Below the pieces are notes generated by a model, which was not told the DNA's origin, ran no database searches, and saw nothing but the letters and a program-made list of their open reading frames with translations. Shown in pieces: positions 1 to 18,000 of a stretch of 64,000 bases of DNA. Position 1 is the stretch's first letter. Every line of letters begins with the position of its first letter. A program made the position numbers and the translations under genes. Source of the DNA: Eledone cirrhosa (lineage: Eukaryota); contig OZ024742.1 of assembly GCA_964016885.1 (NCBI GenBank), forward strand, positions 25,358,001-25,422,000. Direction: 5' to 3'.

Positions 1-3000
1 CACTCCACCAGTATTAAATCCTATAATCTATGTTACACAACTACCCCACTCCACCAGTATTAATTCCTACAATCTATGTTACACTAAATCTATGTTACAA
101 AACTACCCCACTCCACCAGTGTTAAATCCTACAATCTATGTTACACTAAATCTATGTTACACAACTACCCTACTCTACCAGTGTTAAATCCTATAATCTA
201 TGTTACACAACTACCCCACTCCACCGGTGTTAAATCCTATAATCTATGTTACACAACTACCCCACTCCACCGCTTTTAAATCCTATAATCTACGTTACAC
301 AACTACCCCACTCCACCAGTGTTAAATCCTATAATCTATATTACACAACTACCCCACTCCACCAGTGTTAAATCCTACAATCTATGTTACACTAAATCTA
401 TGTTACACAACTACCCCACTCCACCACTGTTAAATCCTATAATGTTTGTTACACTAAATCTATGTTACACAACTACCCCACTCCACCAGTGTTAAATCCT
501 ATAATCTATGTTACACTAAATCTATGTTACACAACTATCCCACTCCACCACTGTTAAATCCTACAATCTATGTTACACAACTACCCCACTCCACCACTGT
601 TAAATCCTATAATCTATGTTACACTAAATCTATGTTACACAACTACCCCACTCCACCAGTGTTAAATCCTATAATCTATGTTACACTACTACCCCACTCC
701 ACCACTGTTAAATCCTATAATCTATGTTACACAAAATCTATGTTACACAACTACTCCACTAAACCATTGTTAAATTCTATAATCTATGTCACACAAAATC
801 TATGTTACACCACTAGCCCCACTCCACCACTGTTAAATCCTACTATGTTACACAACTACCCCACTCCACCAGTGTTAAATCCTACAATCTATGTTACACT
901 AAATCTATGTTACACAACTACCCCACTCCACCACTGTTAAATCCTACAATCTATGTTACACAACTTCCCCACTCCACCACTGTTAAATCCTACAATCTAT
1001 GTTACACTACTATCCCACTCCACCACTGTTATATCCTATAATCTATGTTACACAAAATCTATGTTACACAACTATCCCACTCCACCATTGTTAAATCCTA
1101 TAATCTATGTTACACAACTACCCCACTCCACCCCTGTTAAATCCTATAATCTATGTTACACTAAATCTATGTTACACAACTACGCCACTCCACCAGTGTT
1201 AAATCCTACAATCTATGTTACACTAAATCTATGTTACACAACTATCCCACTCCACCACTGTTAAATCCTATAATCTATGTTACACTAAATCAAAGTTACA
1301 CTAAATCTATGTTACACAACTACGCCACTCCACCAGTGTTAAATCCTACAATCTATGTTGCACTAAATCTATGTTACACAACTATCCCACTCCACCACTG
1401 TTAAATCCTATAATCTATGTTACACTAAATCTATGTTACACAACCACCCCACTCCACCACTGTTAAATCCTATAATCTATGTTACACTAAATCTATGTTA
1501 CACAACTACCCCACTCCACCTGTGTTAAATCCTATAATCTATGTTACACAACTACCCCACTCCACCAGTGTTAAATCCTACAATCTATGTTACACTAAAT
1601 CTATGTTACACAACTACCCCACTCCACCACTGTTAAATCCTACAATCTATGTTACACAACTTCCCCACTCCACCACTGTTAAATCCTACAATCTATGTTA
1701 CACTACTACCCCACTCCACCACTGTTAAATCCTATAATCTATGTTACACAAAATCCATGTTACACAACTATCCCACTCCACCATTGTTAAATCCTATAAT
1801 CTATGTTACACAACTACCCCACTCCAACCCTGTTAAATCCTATAATCTATGTTACACTAAATCTATGTTACACAACTACGCCACTCCACCAGTGTTAAAT
1901 CCTACAATCTATGTTACACTAAATCTATGTTACACAACTATCCCACTCCACCACTGTTAAATCCTATAATCTATGTTACACTAAATCTACGTTACACTAA
2001 ATCTATGTTACACAACTACGCCACTCCACCAGTGTTAAATCCTACAATCTATGTTGCACTAAATCTATGTTACACAACCACCCCACTCCACCACTGTTAA
2101 ATCCTATAATCTATGATACACAACTATCCCACTCCACCACTGTTAACTCCTATAATCTATGTTACACTAAATCTATGTTACACAACCACCCCACTCCACC
2201 ACTGTTAAATCCTATAATCTGTTACACTAAATCTATGTTACACAACCACCCCACTCCACCAGTGTTAAATCCTATAATCTATGTTACACAACTACCCCAC
2301 TCCACCAGTTTTAAATCCTACAATCTATGTTTCACTGAATCTATGTTACACTAAATCTATGTTACACAACTACCCCACTCCACCAGTGTTAAACCTACAA
2401 TCTATGTTACACTAAATCTATGTTACACTACTACCCAACTCCACTACTGTTAAATCCTATAATCTATGTTACACAACTACCCCACTCCACTACTGTTAAA
2501 TCCTATAATCTATGTTACACCACTACCCCACTCCACCACTGTTAAATCCTATAATCTATGTTACACTAAATCTATGTTACACAACTATCCCACTCCACAA
2601 CTGTTAAATCCTACAATCTATGTTACACAACTACCCCACTCCACCACTGTTAAATTCTATAATTTATGTTACACTAAATCTATGTTACACAACTACGCCA
2701 CTCCACCAGTGTTAAATCCTACAATCTATGTTACACAACTACCCCTCTCCACCAGTATTAATTCCTACAATCTATGTTACACTAAATCTATGTTACACAA
2801 CTACACCAGTCCACCAGTGTTAAATCCTATAATCTATGTTACACAACTACGCCACTCCACCAGTGTTAAATCCTACAATCTATGTTACACTAGCTCTATG
2901 TTACGCAACTACCCCACTCCACCACTGTTAAATCCTACAATCTATGTTACACTAAATCTATGTTACACAACTACCCCACTCCACCACTGTTAAATCCTAT

Positions 3001-6000
3001 AATCTATGTTACACAACTATCCCACTCCACCAGTATTAAATCCTATAATCTATGTTACACAACTACCCCACTCCACCAGTATTAATTCCTACAATCTATG
3101 TTACACTAAATCTATGTTACAAAACTACCCCACTCCACCAGTGTTAAATCCTACAATCTATGTTACACTAAATCTATGTTACACAACTACCCTACTCTAC
3201 CAGTGTTAAATCCTATAATCTATGTTACACAACTACCCCACTCCACCGGTGTTAAATCCTATAATCTATGTTACACAACTACCCCACTCCACCGCTTTTA
3301 AATCCTATAATCTACGTTACACAACTACCCCACTCCACCAGTGTTAAATCCTATAATCTATATTACACAACTACCCCACTCCACCAGTGTTAAATCCTAC
3401 AATCTATGTTACACTAAATCTATGTTACACAACTACCCCACTCCACCACTGTTAAATCCTATAATGTTTGTTACACTAAATCTATGTTACACAACTACCC
3501 CACTCCACCAGTGTTAAATCCTATAATCTATGTTACACTAAATCTATGTTACACAACTATCCCACTCCACCACTGTTAAATCCTACAATCTATGTTACAC
3601 AACTACCCCACTCCACCACTGTTAAATCCTATAATCTATGTTACACTAAATCTATGTTACATAACTACCCCACTCCACCAGTGTTAAATACTATAATCTA
3701 TGTTACACTACTACCCCACTCCACCACTGTTAAATCCTATAATCTATGTTACACAAAATCTATGTTACACAACTACCCCACTAAACCATTGTTAAATTCT
3801 ATAATCTATGTTACACAAAATCTATGTTACACCACTAGCCCCACTCCACCACTGTTAAATCCTACTATGTTACACAACTACCCCACTCCACCAGTGTTAA
3901 ATCCTACAATCTATGTTACACTAAATCTATGTTACACAACTACCCCACTCCACCACTGTTAAATCCTACAATCTATGTTACACAACTTCCCCACTCCACC
4001 ACTGTTAAATCCTACAATCTATGTTACACTACTATCCCACTCCACCACTGTTAAATCCTATAATCTATGTTACACAAAATCTATGTTACACAACTATCCC
4101 ACTCCACCATTGTTAAATCCTATAATCTATGTTACACAACTACCCCACTCCACCCCTGTTAAATCCTATAATCTATGTTACACTAAATCTATGTTACACA
4201 ACTACGCCACTCCACCAGTGTTAAATCCTACAATCTATGTTACACTAAATCTATGTTACACAACTATCCCACTCCACCACTGTTAAATCCTATAATCTAT
4301 GTTACACTAAATCAAAGTTACACTAAATCTATGTTACACAACTACGCCACTCCACCAGTGTTAAATCCTACAATCTATGTTGCACTAAATCTATGTTACA
4401 CAACTATCCCACTCCACCACTGTTAAATCCTATAATCTATGTTACACTAAATCTATGTTACACAACCACCCCACTCCACCACTGTTAAATCCTATAATCT
4501 ATGTTACACTAAATCTATGTTACACAACTACCCCACTCCACCACCGTTAAATCCTACAATCTATGTTAAACTAAATCTATGTTACACAACAAACCCACTC
4601 CACCACTGTTAAATCCTACAATCTATGTTACACTAAATCTTTGTTACACAACTACCCCACTCCACCACTGTTAAATCCTATAATCTATGTTACACAACTA
4701 TCCCACTCCACCAGTATTAAATCCTATAATCTATGTTACACAACTACCCACTCCACCAGTATTAATTCTTACAATCTATGTTACACTAAATCTATGTTAC
4801 AAAACTACCCCACTCCACCAGTGTTAAATCCTACAATCTATGTTACACTAAATCTATGTTACACAACTACCCTACTCTACCAGTGTTAAATCCTATAATC
4901 TATGTTACACAACTACCCCACTCCACCAGTGTTAAATCCTATAATCTATGTTACACAACTACCACACTCCACCACTTTTAAATCATATAATCTACGTTAC
5001 ACAACTACTCCACTCCACCAGTGTTAAATCCTATAATCTATATTACACAACTACCCCACTCCACCAGTGTTAAATCCTACAATCTATGTTACACTAAATC
5101 TATGTTACACAACTACCCCACTCCACCACTGTTAAATCCTATAATGTTTGTTACACTAAATCTATGTTACACAACTACCCCACTCCACCAGTGTTAAATC
5201 CTATAATCTATGTTACACTAAATCTATGTTACACAATTATCCCACTCCACCACTGTTAAATCCTACAATCTATGTTACACAACTACCCCACTCCACCACT
5301 GTTAAATCCTATAATCTATGTTACACTAAATCTATGTTACACAACTACCCCAATCCACCAGTGTTAAATCCTACAATCTATGTTACACTAAATCTATGTT
5401 ACACAACTACCCCACTCCACCACTGTTAAATCCTACAATCTATGTTACACTACTACCCCACTCCACCACTGTTAAACCATATAATCTATGTTACACAAAA
5501 TCTATGTTACACAACTATCCCACTCCACCACTGTTAAATCCTATAATCTATGTTACACAACTAACCCACTCCACCCTGTTAAATCCTATAATCTATGTTA
5601 CACTAAATCTACGTGACACAACTACCCCACTCCACCAGTGTTAAATCCTATAATCTATGTTACACAACTACCCCACTCCACCAGTGTTAAATCCTAGAAT
5701 CTATGTTACACTAAATCTAGGTTACACAACTACCCCACTCCACCACTGTTAAATCCTATAATCTATGTTACACTAAATCTATGTTTCACAACTACCCCAC
5801 TGCACCAGTGTTAAATCCTATAATCTATGTTACACTAAATCTATGTAACACAACTATCCCACTCCACCACTGTTAAATCCTACAATCTATGTTACACAAC
5901 TACCCCACTCCACCACTGTTAAATCCTATAATCTATGTTACACTAAATCTATGTTACACAACTACCTTAATCCACCAGTGTTAAATCCTACAATCTATGT

Positions 6001-9000
6001 TACACTAAATCTATGTTACACAACCACCCCACTCCACCAGTGTTAAATCCTATAATCTATGTTACACTACTATCCCACTCCACCTATGTTAAATCCTATA
6101 ATCTATGTTACACAAAATCTATGTTACACAACTACCCCACTCCACCACTGTTAAATTCTATAATCTATGTTACACAAAATCTATGTTACACCACTAGCCC
6201 CACTCTACCACTGTTAAATCCTACAATCTATGTTACACAACTACCCCACTCCACCAGTGTTAAATCCTACAATCTATGTTACACAAAATATATGTTACAC
6301 AACTACCCCACACCACCACTGTTAAATCCTACAATCTATGTTACACAACTTCCCCACTCCACCACTGTTAAATCCTACAATCTATGTTACACTAAACCTG
6401 TTACACAACTATCCCACTCCGCCACTGTTAAATCCTATAATCTATGTTACACAACTACCCAACTCCACCCCTGTTAAATCCTATAATCTATGTTACACGA
6501 AATCTATGTTACACAACTACGCCTCTCCAACAGTGTTAAATCCTACAATTTATGTTACACTAAATCTATGTTTCACAACTATCCGACTCCACCACTGTTA
6601 AATCCTATAATCTATGTTACACTAAATCTATGTTACACAACCACCCCACTCCACCACTGTTAAATCTTATAATCTATGTTACACTAAATCTATGTTACAC
6701 AACTACCCCACTCCACCACCGTTAAATCCTACAATCTATGTTAAACTAAATCTATGTTACACAACAAACCCACTCCACCACTGTTAAATCCTACAATCTA
6801 TGTTACACTAAATCTTTGTTACACAACTACCCCACTCCACCACTGTTAAATCCTATAATCTATGTTACACAACTATCCCACTCCACCAGTATTAAATCCT
6901 ATAATCTATGTTACACAACTACCCACTCCACCAGTATTAATTCTTACAATCTATGTTACACTAAATCTATGTTACAAAACTACCCCACTCCACCAGTGTT
7001 AAATCCTACAATCTATGTTACACTAAATCTATGTTACACAACTACCCTACTCTACCAGTGTTAAATCCTATAATCTATGTTACACAACTACCCCACTCCA
7101 CCAGTGTTAAATCCTATAATCTATGTTACACAACTACCCCACTCCACCACTTTTAAATCCTATAATCTACGTTACACAACTACCCCACTCCACCAGTGTT
7201 AAATCCTATAATCTATATTACACAACTACCCCACTCCACCAGTGTTAAATCCTACAATCTATGTTACACTAAATCTATGTTACACAACTACCCCACTCCA
7301 CCGCTGTTAAATCCTATAATGTTTGTTACACTAAATCTATGTTACACAACTACCCCACTCCACCAGTGTTAAATCCTATAATCTATGTTACACTAAATCT
7401 ATGTTACACAATTATCCCACTCCACCACTGTTAAATCCTACAATCTATGTTACACAACTACCCCACTCCACCACTGTTAAATCCTATAATCTATGTTACA
7501 CTAAATCTATGTTACACAACTACCCCAATCCACCAGTGTTAAATCCTACAATCTATGTTACACTAAATCTATGTTACACAACTACCCCAATCCACCAGTG
7601 TTAAATCCTATAATCTATGTTACACTACTACCCCACTCCACCACTGTTAAATCCTATAATCTATGTTACACAAAATCTATGTTACACAACTACCCCACTA
7701 CACCATTGTTAAATTCTATAATCTATGTTACACAAAATCTATGTTACACCACTAGCCCCACTCCACCACTATTAAATCCTACTATCTATGTTACACAACT
7801 ACCCCACTCCACTAGTGTTAAATCCTACAATCTATGTTACACTAAATCGATGTTACACAACTACCCCACTCCACCACTGTTAAATCCTACAATCTATGTT
7901 ACACAACTTCCCCACTCCACCACTGTTAAATCCTACAATCTATGTTACACTACTACCCCACTCCAACAGTGTTAAATCCTACAATCTATGTTACACTAAA
8001 TCTATGTTACACAACTACCCCACTCCACCACTGTTAAATCCTATAATCTATGTTACACTAAATCTATGTTACACAACTACGCCACTCCAACAGTGTTAAA
8101 TCCTACAATCTATGTTACACTAAATCTATGTTACACAACTACCCCACTCCACCACTGTTAAATCCTATAATCTATGTTAAACTAAATCTATGTTACACAA
8201 CTACGCCACTCCACCAGTGTTAAATCCTACAATCTATGTTACACTAAATCTATGTTACACAAATATCCCACTCCACCACTGTTAAATCCTATAATCTATG
8301 TTACACTAAATCTACGTTACACTAAATCTATGTTACACAACTACGCCACTCCACCAGTATTAAATCCTACAATCTATGTTGCACTAAATCTATGTTACAC
8401 AACTATCCCACTCCACCACTGTTAAATCCTATAATCTATGTTACACTAAATCTATGTTACACAACCACCCCACTCCACCACTGTTAAATCCTATAATCTA
8501 TGTTACACTAAATCTATGTTACACAACTACCCCACTCCACCTGTGTTAAATCCTATAATCTATGTTACACAACTACCCCACTCCACCAGTTTTAAATCCT
8601 ACAATCTATGTTTCACTGAATCTATGTTACACTAAATATATGTTACACTAAATCTATGTTACACTAAATCTATGTTACACTACTACCCAACTCCACTACT
8701 GTTAAATCCTATAATCTATGTTACACCACTACCCCACTCCACTACTGTTAAATCCTATAATCTATGTTACACAACTACCCCACTCCACCACTGTTAAATC
8801 CTATAATCTATGTTACACTAAATCTATGTTACACAACTATCCCACTCCACAACTGTCAAATCCTACAATCTATGTTACACAACTACCCCACTCCACCACT
8901 GTTAAATTCTATAATCTATGTTACCCTAAATCTATGTTACACAAGTACGCCACTCCACCAGTGTTAAATCCTACAATATATGTTACACTAGCTCTATGTT

Positions 9001-12000
9001 ACGCAACTACCCCACTACACCACGGTTAAATCCTACAATCTATGTTACACTAAATCTATGTTACACAACAAACCCACTCCACCACTGTTAAATCCTACAA
9101 TCTATGTTACACTAAATCTTTGTTACACAACTACCCTACTCCACCACTATTAAATCCTATAATCTCTGTTACACAACTATCCCACTCCACCAGTATTAAA
9201 TCCTATAATCTATGTTACACAACTACCCCTCTCCACCAGTATTAATTCCTACAATCTATGTTACACTAAATCTATGTTACACAACTACCACACTCCACCA
9301 GTGTTAAATCCTACAATATATGTTACACTAAATCTATGTTACAGAAGTACCCCAGTCCACCAGTGTTAAATCCTATAATCTATGTTACACAACTACGCCA
9401 CTCCACCAGTGTTAAATCCTACAATCTATGTTACACTAGCTCTATGTTACGCAACTACCCCACTCCACCACTGTTAAATCCTACAATCTATGTTACACTA
9501 AATCTATGTTACACAACAACCCACTCCACCACTGTTAAATCCTACAATCTATGTTACACTAAATCTTTGTTACACAACAACCCCACTCCACCACTGTTAA
9601 ATCCTATAATCTATGTTACACAACTACCCCTCTCCACCAGTATTAATTCCTACAATCTATGTTAAACTAAATCTATGTTACACAACTACCACACTCCACC
9701 AGTGTTAAATCCTATAATCTATGTTACACAACTACCCCACTCCACCACTTTTAAATCCTATAATCTACGTTACACATCTAACCCACTCCACCAGTGTTAA
9801 ATCCTATAATCTATGTTACACAACTACCCCACTACACCAGTGTTAAATCCTACAATCTATGTTACACTAAATCTATTTTACACAACTACCCCACTCCACC
9901 ACTGTTAAATACTTCAATCTATGTTACACAACTACCCCACTCCACCACTCTTAAATCCTATAATCTATGTTACACTAAATCTATGTTACACAACTAACCC
10001 AATCCACCAGTGTTAAATCCTACAATCTATGTTACACTAATTCTATGTTACACAACTACTCCACTCCACCAGTGTTAAATCCTATAATCTATGTTACACT
10101 ACTACCCCACTCCCCTACTGTTAAATCCTAAAATATATGTTACACAAAATGTATGTTACACAACTACCCCACTCCTCCACTGTTAAATTCTATAATCTAT
10201 GTTACACAAAATATATGTTACACCACTAGCCCAACTCCACCACTGTTAAATCCTACAATCTATGTTACACTAATTCTATGTTACACAACTACTCCACTCC
10301 ACCAGTGTTAAATCCTACAATCTACGTTACACAACTACCCCACTCCACCAGTGTTAAATCCTAGAATCTATGTTACACTAAATCTATGTTACACAACTAC
10401 CCCACTCCACCACTGTTAAATCCTACAATCTATGTAACACTAATACCCCACTCCACCACTGTTAAACCATATAATCTATGTTACACAAAATCTATGTTAC
10501 ACAACTATCCCACTCCACCACTGTTAAATCCTATAATCTATGTTGCACAACTAACCCACTCCACCCTGTTAAATCCTATAATCTATGTTACACTAAATCT
10601 ACGTTACACAACTACCCCACTCCACCAGTGTTAAATCCTATAATCTATGTTACACTACTACCCCACTCCACCAGTGTTAAATCCTACAATCTATGTTACA
10701 CTAAATCTAGGTTACACAACTACCCCACTCCACCACGGTTAAATCCTACAATCTATGTTACACTAAATCTATGTTACACAACAAACCCACTCCACCACTG
10801 TTAAATCCTACAATCTATGTTACACTAAATCTTTGTTACACAACTACCCTACTCCACCACTATTAAATCCTATAATCTCTGTTACACAACTATCCCACTC
10901 CACCAGTATTAAATCCTATAATCTATGTTACACAACTACCCCTCTCCACCAGTATTAATTCCTACAATCTATGTTACACTAAATCTATGTTACACAACTA
11001 CCACCCTCCACCAGTGTTAAATCCTACAATCTATGTTACACTAAATCTATGTTACAGAAGTACCCCAGTCCACCAGTGTTAAATCCTATAATCTATGTTA
11101 CACAACTACGCCACTCCACCAGTGTTAAATCCTACAATCTATGTTACACTAGCTCTATGTTACGCAACTACCCCACTCCACCACTGTTAAATCCTACAAT
11201 CTATGTTACACAACAACCCACTCCACCACTGTTAAATCCTACAATCTATGTTACACTAAATCTTTGTTACACAACAACCCCACTCCACCACTGTTAAATC
11301 CTATAATCTATGTTACACAACTACCCCTCTCCACCAGTATTAATTCCTACAATCTATGTTAAACTAAATCTATGTTACACAACTACCACACTCCACCAGT
11401 GTTAAATCCTATAATCTATGTTACACAACTACCCCACTCCACCACTTTTAAATCCTATAATCTACGTTACACATCTAACCCACTCCACCAGTGTTAAATC
11501 CTATAATCTATGTTACACAACTACCCCACTACACCAGTGTTAAATCCTACAATCTATGTTACACTAAATCTATTTTACACAACTACCCCACTCCACCACT
11601 GTTAAATACTTCAATCTATGTTACACAACTACCCCACTCCACCACTCTTAAATCCTATAATCTATGTTACGCTAAATCTATGTTACACAACTAACCCAAT
11701 CCACCAGTGTTAAATCCTACAATCTATGTTACACTAATTCTATGTTACACAACTACTCCACTCCACCAGTGTTAAATCCTATAATCTATGTTACACTACT
11801 ACCCCACTCCCCTACTGTTAAATCCTAAAATATATGTTACACAAAATGTATGTTACACAACTACCCCACTCCACCACTGTTAAATTCTATAATCTATGTT
11901 ACACAAAATATATGTTACACCACTAGCCCAACTCCACCACTGTTAAATCCTACAATCTACGTTACACAACTACCCCACTCCACCAGTGTTAAATCCTAGA

Positions 12001-15000
12001 ATCTATGTTACACTAAATCTATGTTACACAACTACCCCACTCCACCACTGTTAAATCCTACAATCTATGTTACACTAATACCCCACTCCACCACTGTTAA
12101 ACCATATAATCTATGTTACACAAAATCTATGTTACACAACTATCCCACTCCACCACTGTTAAATCCTATAATCTATGTTACACAACTAACCCACTCCACC
12201 CTGTTAAATCCTATAATCTATGTTACACTAAATCTACGTTACACAACTACCCCACTCCACCAGTGTTAAATCCTATAATCTATGTTACACAACTACCCCA
12301 CTCCACCAGTGTTAAATCCTACAATCTATGTTACACTAAATCTAGGTTACACAACTACCCCACTCCACCACTGTTAAATCCTATAATCTATGTTACACTA
12401 AATCTATGTTTCACAACTACCCCACTGCACCAGTGTTAAATCCTATAATCTATGTTACACTAAATCTATGTTACACAACTATCCCACTCCACCACTGTTA
12501 AATCCTACAATCTATGTTACACAACTACCCCACTCCACCACTGTTAAATCCTATAATCTATGTTACACTAAATCTATGTTACACAACTACCTTAATCCAC
12601 CAGTGTTAAATCCTACAATCTATGTTACACTAAATCTATGTTACACAACTACCCCACTCCACCACTGTTAAATCCTATAATCTATGTTACACAACTATCC
12701 CACTCCACCAGTATTAAATCCTATAATCTATGTTACACAACTACCCCACTCCACCAGTATTAATTCCTACAATCTATGTTACACTAAATCTATGTTACAA
12801 AACTACCCCACTCCACCAGTGTTAAATCCTACAATCTATGTTACACTAAATCTATGTTACACAACTACCCTACTCTACCAGTGTTAAATCCTATAATCTA
12901 TGTTACACAACTACCCCACTCCACCGGTGTTAAATCCTATAATCTATGTTACACAACTACCCCACTCCACCGCTTTTAAATCCTATAATCTACGTTACAC
13001 AACTACCCCACTCCACCAGTGTTAAATCCTATAATCTATATTACACAACTACCCCACTCCACCAGTGTTAAATCCTACAATCTATGTTACACTAAATCTA
13101 TGTTACACAACTACCCCACTCCACCACTGTTAAATCCTATAATGTTTGTTACACTAAATCTATGTTACACAACTACCCCACTCCACCAGTGTTAAATCCT
13201 ATAATCTATGTTACACTAAATCTATGTTACACAACTATCCCACTCCACCACTGTTAAATCCTACAATCTATGTTACACAACTACCCCACTCCACCACTGT
13301 TAAATCCTATAATCTATGTTACACTAAATCTATGTTACACAACTACCCCACTCCACCAGTGTTAAATCCTATAATCTATGTTACACTACTACCCCACTCC
13401 ACCACTGTTAAATCCTATAATCTATGTTACACAAAATCTATGTTACACAACTACTCCACTAAACCATTGTTAAATTCTATAATCTATGTTACACAAAATC
13501 TATGTTACACCACTAGCCCCACTCCACCACTGTTAAATCCTACTATGTTACACAACTACCCCACTCCACCAGTGTTAAATCCTACAATCTATGTTACACT
13601 AAATCTATGTTACACAACTACCCCACTCCACCACTGTTAAATCCTACAATCTATGTTACACAACTTCCCCACTCCACCACTGTTAAATCCTACAATCTAT
13701 GTTACACTACTATCCCACTCCACCACTGTTAAATCCTATAATCTATGTTACACAAAATCTATGTTACACAACTATCCCACTCCACCATTGTTAAATCCTA
13801 TAATCTATGTTACACAACTACCCCACTCCACCCCTGTTAAATCCTATAATCTATGTTACACTAAATCTATGTTACACAACTACGCCACTCCACCAGTGTT
13901 AAATCCTACAATCTATGTTACACTAAATCTATGTTACACAACTATCCCACTCCACCACTGTTAAATCCTATAATCTATGTTACACTAAATCAAAGTTACA
14001 CTAAATCTATGTTACACAACTACGCCACTCCACCAGTGTTAAATCCTACAATCTATGTTGCACTAAATCTATGTTACACAACTATCCCACTCCACCACTG
14101 TTAAATCCTATAATCTATGTTACACTAAATCTATGTTACACAACCACCCCACTCCACCACTGTTAAATCCTATAATCTATGTTACACTAAATCTATGTTA
14201 CACAACTACCCCACTCCACCTGTGTTAAATCCTATAATCTATGTTACACAACTACCCCACTCCACCAGTGTTAAATCCTACAATCTATGTTACACTAAAT
14301 CTATGTTACACAACTACCCCACTCCACCACTGTTAAATCCTACAATCTATGTTACACAACTTCCCCACTCCACCACTGTTAAATCCTACAATCTATGTTA
14401 CACTACTACCCCACTCCACCACTGTTAAATCCTATAATCTATGTTACACAAAATCCATGTTACACAACTATCCCACTCCACCATTGTTAAATCCTATAAT
14501 CTATGTTACACAACTACCCCACTCCACCCCTGTTAAATCCTATAATCTATGTTACACTAAATCTATGTTACACAACTACGCCACTCCACCAGTGTTAAAT
14601 CCTACAATCTATGTTACACTAAATCTATGTTACACAACTATCCCACTCCACCACTGTTAAATCCTATAATCTATGTTACACTAAATCTACGTTACACTAA
14701 ATCTATGTTACACAACTACGCCACTCCACCAGTGTTAAATCCTACAATCTATGTTGCACTAAATCTATGTTACACAACCACCCCACTCCACCACTGTTAA
14801 ATCCTATAATCTATGATACACAACTATCCCACTCCACCACTGTTAACTCCTATAATCTATGTTACACTAAATCTATGTTACACAACCACCCCACTCCACC
14901 ACTGTTAAATCCTATAATCTGTTACACTAAATCTATGTTACACAACCACCCCACTCCACCAGTGTTAAATCCTATAATCTATGTTACACAACTACCCCAC

Positions 15001-18000
15001 TCCACCAGTTTTAAATCCTACAATCTATGTTTCACTGAATCTATGTTACACTAAATCTATGTTACACCACTACCCCACTCCACCACTGTTAAATCCTATA
15101 ATCTATGTTACACTAAATCTATGTTACACAACTATCCCACTCCACAACTGTTAAATCCTACAATCTATGTTACACAACTACCCCACTCCACCACTGTTAA
15201 ATTCTATAATTTATGTTACACTAAATCTATGTTACACAACTACGCCACTCCACCAGTGTTAAATCCTATAATCTATGTTACACTACTACCCCACTCCACC
15301 AGTGTTAAATCCTACAATCTATGTTACACTAAATCTAGGTTACACAACTACCCCACTCCACCACGGTTAAATCCTACAATCTATGTTACACTAAATCTAT
15401 GTTACACAACAAACCCACTCCACCACTGTTAAATCCTACAATCTATGTTACACTAAATCTTTGTTACACAACTACCCTACTCCACCACTATTAAATCCTA
15501 TAATCTCTGTTACACAACTATCCCACTCCACCAGTATTAAATCCTATAATCTATGTTACACAACTACCCCTCTCCACCAGTATTAATTCCTACAATCTAT
15601 GTTACACTAAATCTATGTTACACAACTACCACCCTCCACCAGTGTTAAATCCTACAATCTATGTTACACTAAATCTATGTTACAGAAGTACCCCAGTCCA
15701 CCAGTGTTAAATCCTATAATCTATGTTACACAACTACGCCACTCCACCAGTGTTAAATCCTACAATCTATGTTACACTAGCTCTATGTTACGCAACTACC
15801 CCACTCCACCACTGTTAAATCCTACAATCTATGTTACACAACAACCCACTCCACCACTGTTAAATCCTACAATCTATGTTACACTAAATCTTTGTTACAC
15901 AACAACCCCACTCCACCACTGTTAAATCCTATAATCTATGTTACACAACTACCCCTCTCCACCAGTATTAATTCCTACAATCTATGTTAAACTAAATCTA
16001 TGTTACACAACTACCACACTCCACCAGTGTTAAATCCTATAATCTATGTTACACAACTACCCCACTCCACCACTTTTAAATCCTATAATCTACGTTACAC
16101 ATCTAACCCACTCCACCAGTGTTAAATCCTATAATCTATGTTACACAACTACCCCACTACACCAGTGTTAAATCCTACAATCTATGTTACACTAAATCTA
16201 TTTTACACAACTACCCCACTCCACCACTGTTAAATACTTCAATCTATGTTACACAACTACCCCACTCCACCACTCTTAAATCCTATAATCTATGTTACGC
16301 TAAATCTATGTTACACAACTAACCCAATCCACCAGTGTTAAATCCTACAATCTATGTTACACTAATTCTATGTTACACAACTACTCCACTCCACCAGTGT
16401 TAAATCCTATAATCTATGTTACACTACTACCCCACTCCCCTACTGTTAAATCCTAAAATATATGTTACACAAAATGTATGTTACACAACTACCCCACTCC
16501 ACCACTGTTAAATTCTATAATCTATGTTACACAAAATATATGTTACACCACTAGCCCAACTCCACCACTGTTAAATCCTACAATCTACGTTACACAACTA
16601 CCCCACTCCACCAGTGTTAAATCCTAGAATCTATGTTACACTAAATCTATGTTACACAACTACCCCACTCCACCACTGTTAAATCCTACAATCTATGTTA
16701 CACTAATACCCCACTCCACCACTGTTAAACCATATAATCTATGTTACACAAAATCTATGTTACACAACTATCCCACTCCACCACTGTTAAATCCTATAAT
16801 CTATGTTACACAACTAACCCACTCCACCCTGTTAAATCCTATAATCTATGTTACACTAAATCTACGTTACACAACTACCCCACTCCACCAGTGTTAAATC
16901 CTATAATCTATGTTACACAACTACCCCACTCCACCAGTGTTAAATCCTACAATCTATGTTACACTAAATCTAGGTTACACAACTACCCCACTCCACCACT
17001 GTTAAATCCTATAATCTATGTTACACTAAATCTATGTTTCACAACTACCCCACTGCACCAGTGTTAAATCCTATAATCTATGTTACACTAAATCTATGTT
17101 ACACAACTATCCCACTCCACCACTGTTAAATCCTACAATCTATGTTACACAACTACCCCACTCCACCACTGTTAAATCCTATAATCTATGTTACACTAAA
17201 TCTATGTTACACAACTACCTTAATCCACCAGTGTTAAATCCTACAATCTATGTTACACTAAATCTATGTTACACAACTACCCCACTCCACCACTGTTAAA
17301 TCCTATAATCTATGTTACACAACTATCCCACTCCACCAGTATTAAATCCTATAATCTATGTTACACAACTACCCCACTCCACCAGTATTAATTCCTACAA
17401 TCTATGTTACACTAAATCTATGTTACAAAACTACCCCACTCCACCAGTGTTAAATCCTACAATCTATGTTACACTAAATCTATGTTACACAACTACCCTA
17501 CTCTACCAGTGTTAAATCCTATAATCTATGTTACACAACTACCCCACTCCACCGGTGTTAAATCCTATAATCTATGTTACACAACTACCCCACTCCACCG
17601 CTTTTAAATCCTATAATCTACGTTACACAACTACCCCACTCCACCAGTGTTAAATCCTATAATCTATATTACACAACTACCCCACTCCACCAGTGTTAAA
17701 TCCTACAATCTATGTTACACTAAATCTATGTTACACAACTACCCCACTCCACCACTGTTAAATCCTATAATGTTTGTTACACTAAATCTATGTTACACAA
17801 CTACCCCACTCCACCAGTGTTAAATCCTATAATCTATGTTACACTAAATCTATGTTACACAACTATCCCACTCCACCACTGTTAAATCCTACAATCTATG
17901 TTACACAACTACCCCACTCCACCACTGTTAAATCCTATAATCTATGTTACACTAAATCTATGTTACACAACTACCCCACTCCACCAGTGTTAAATCCTAT

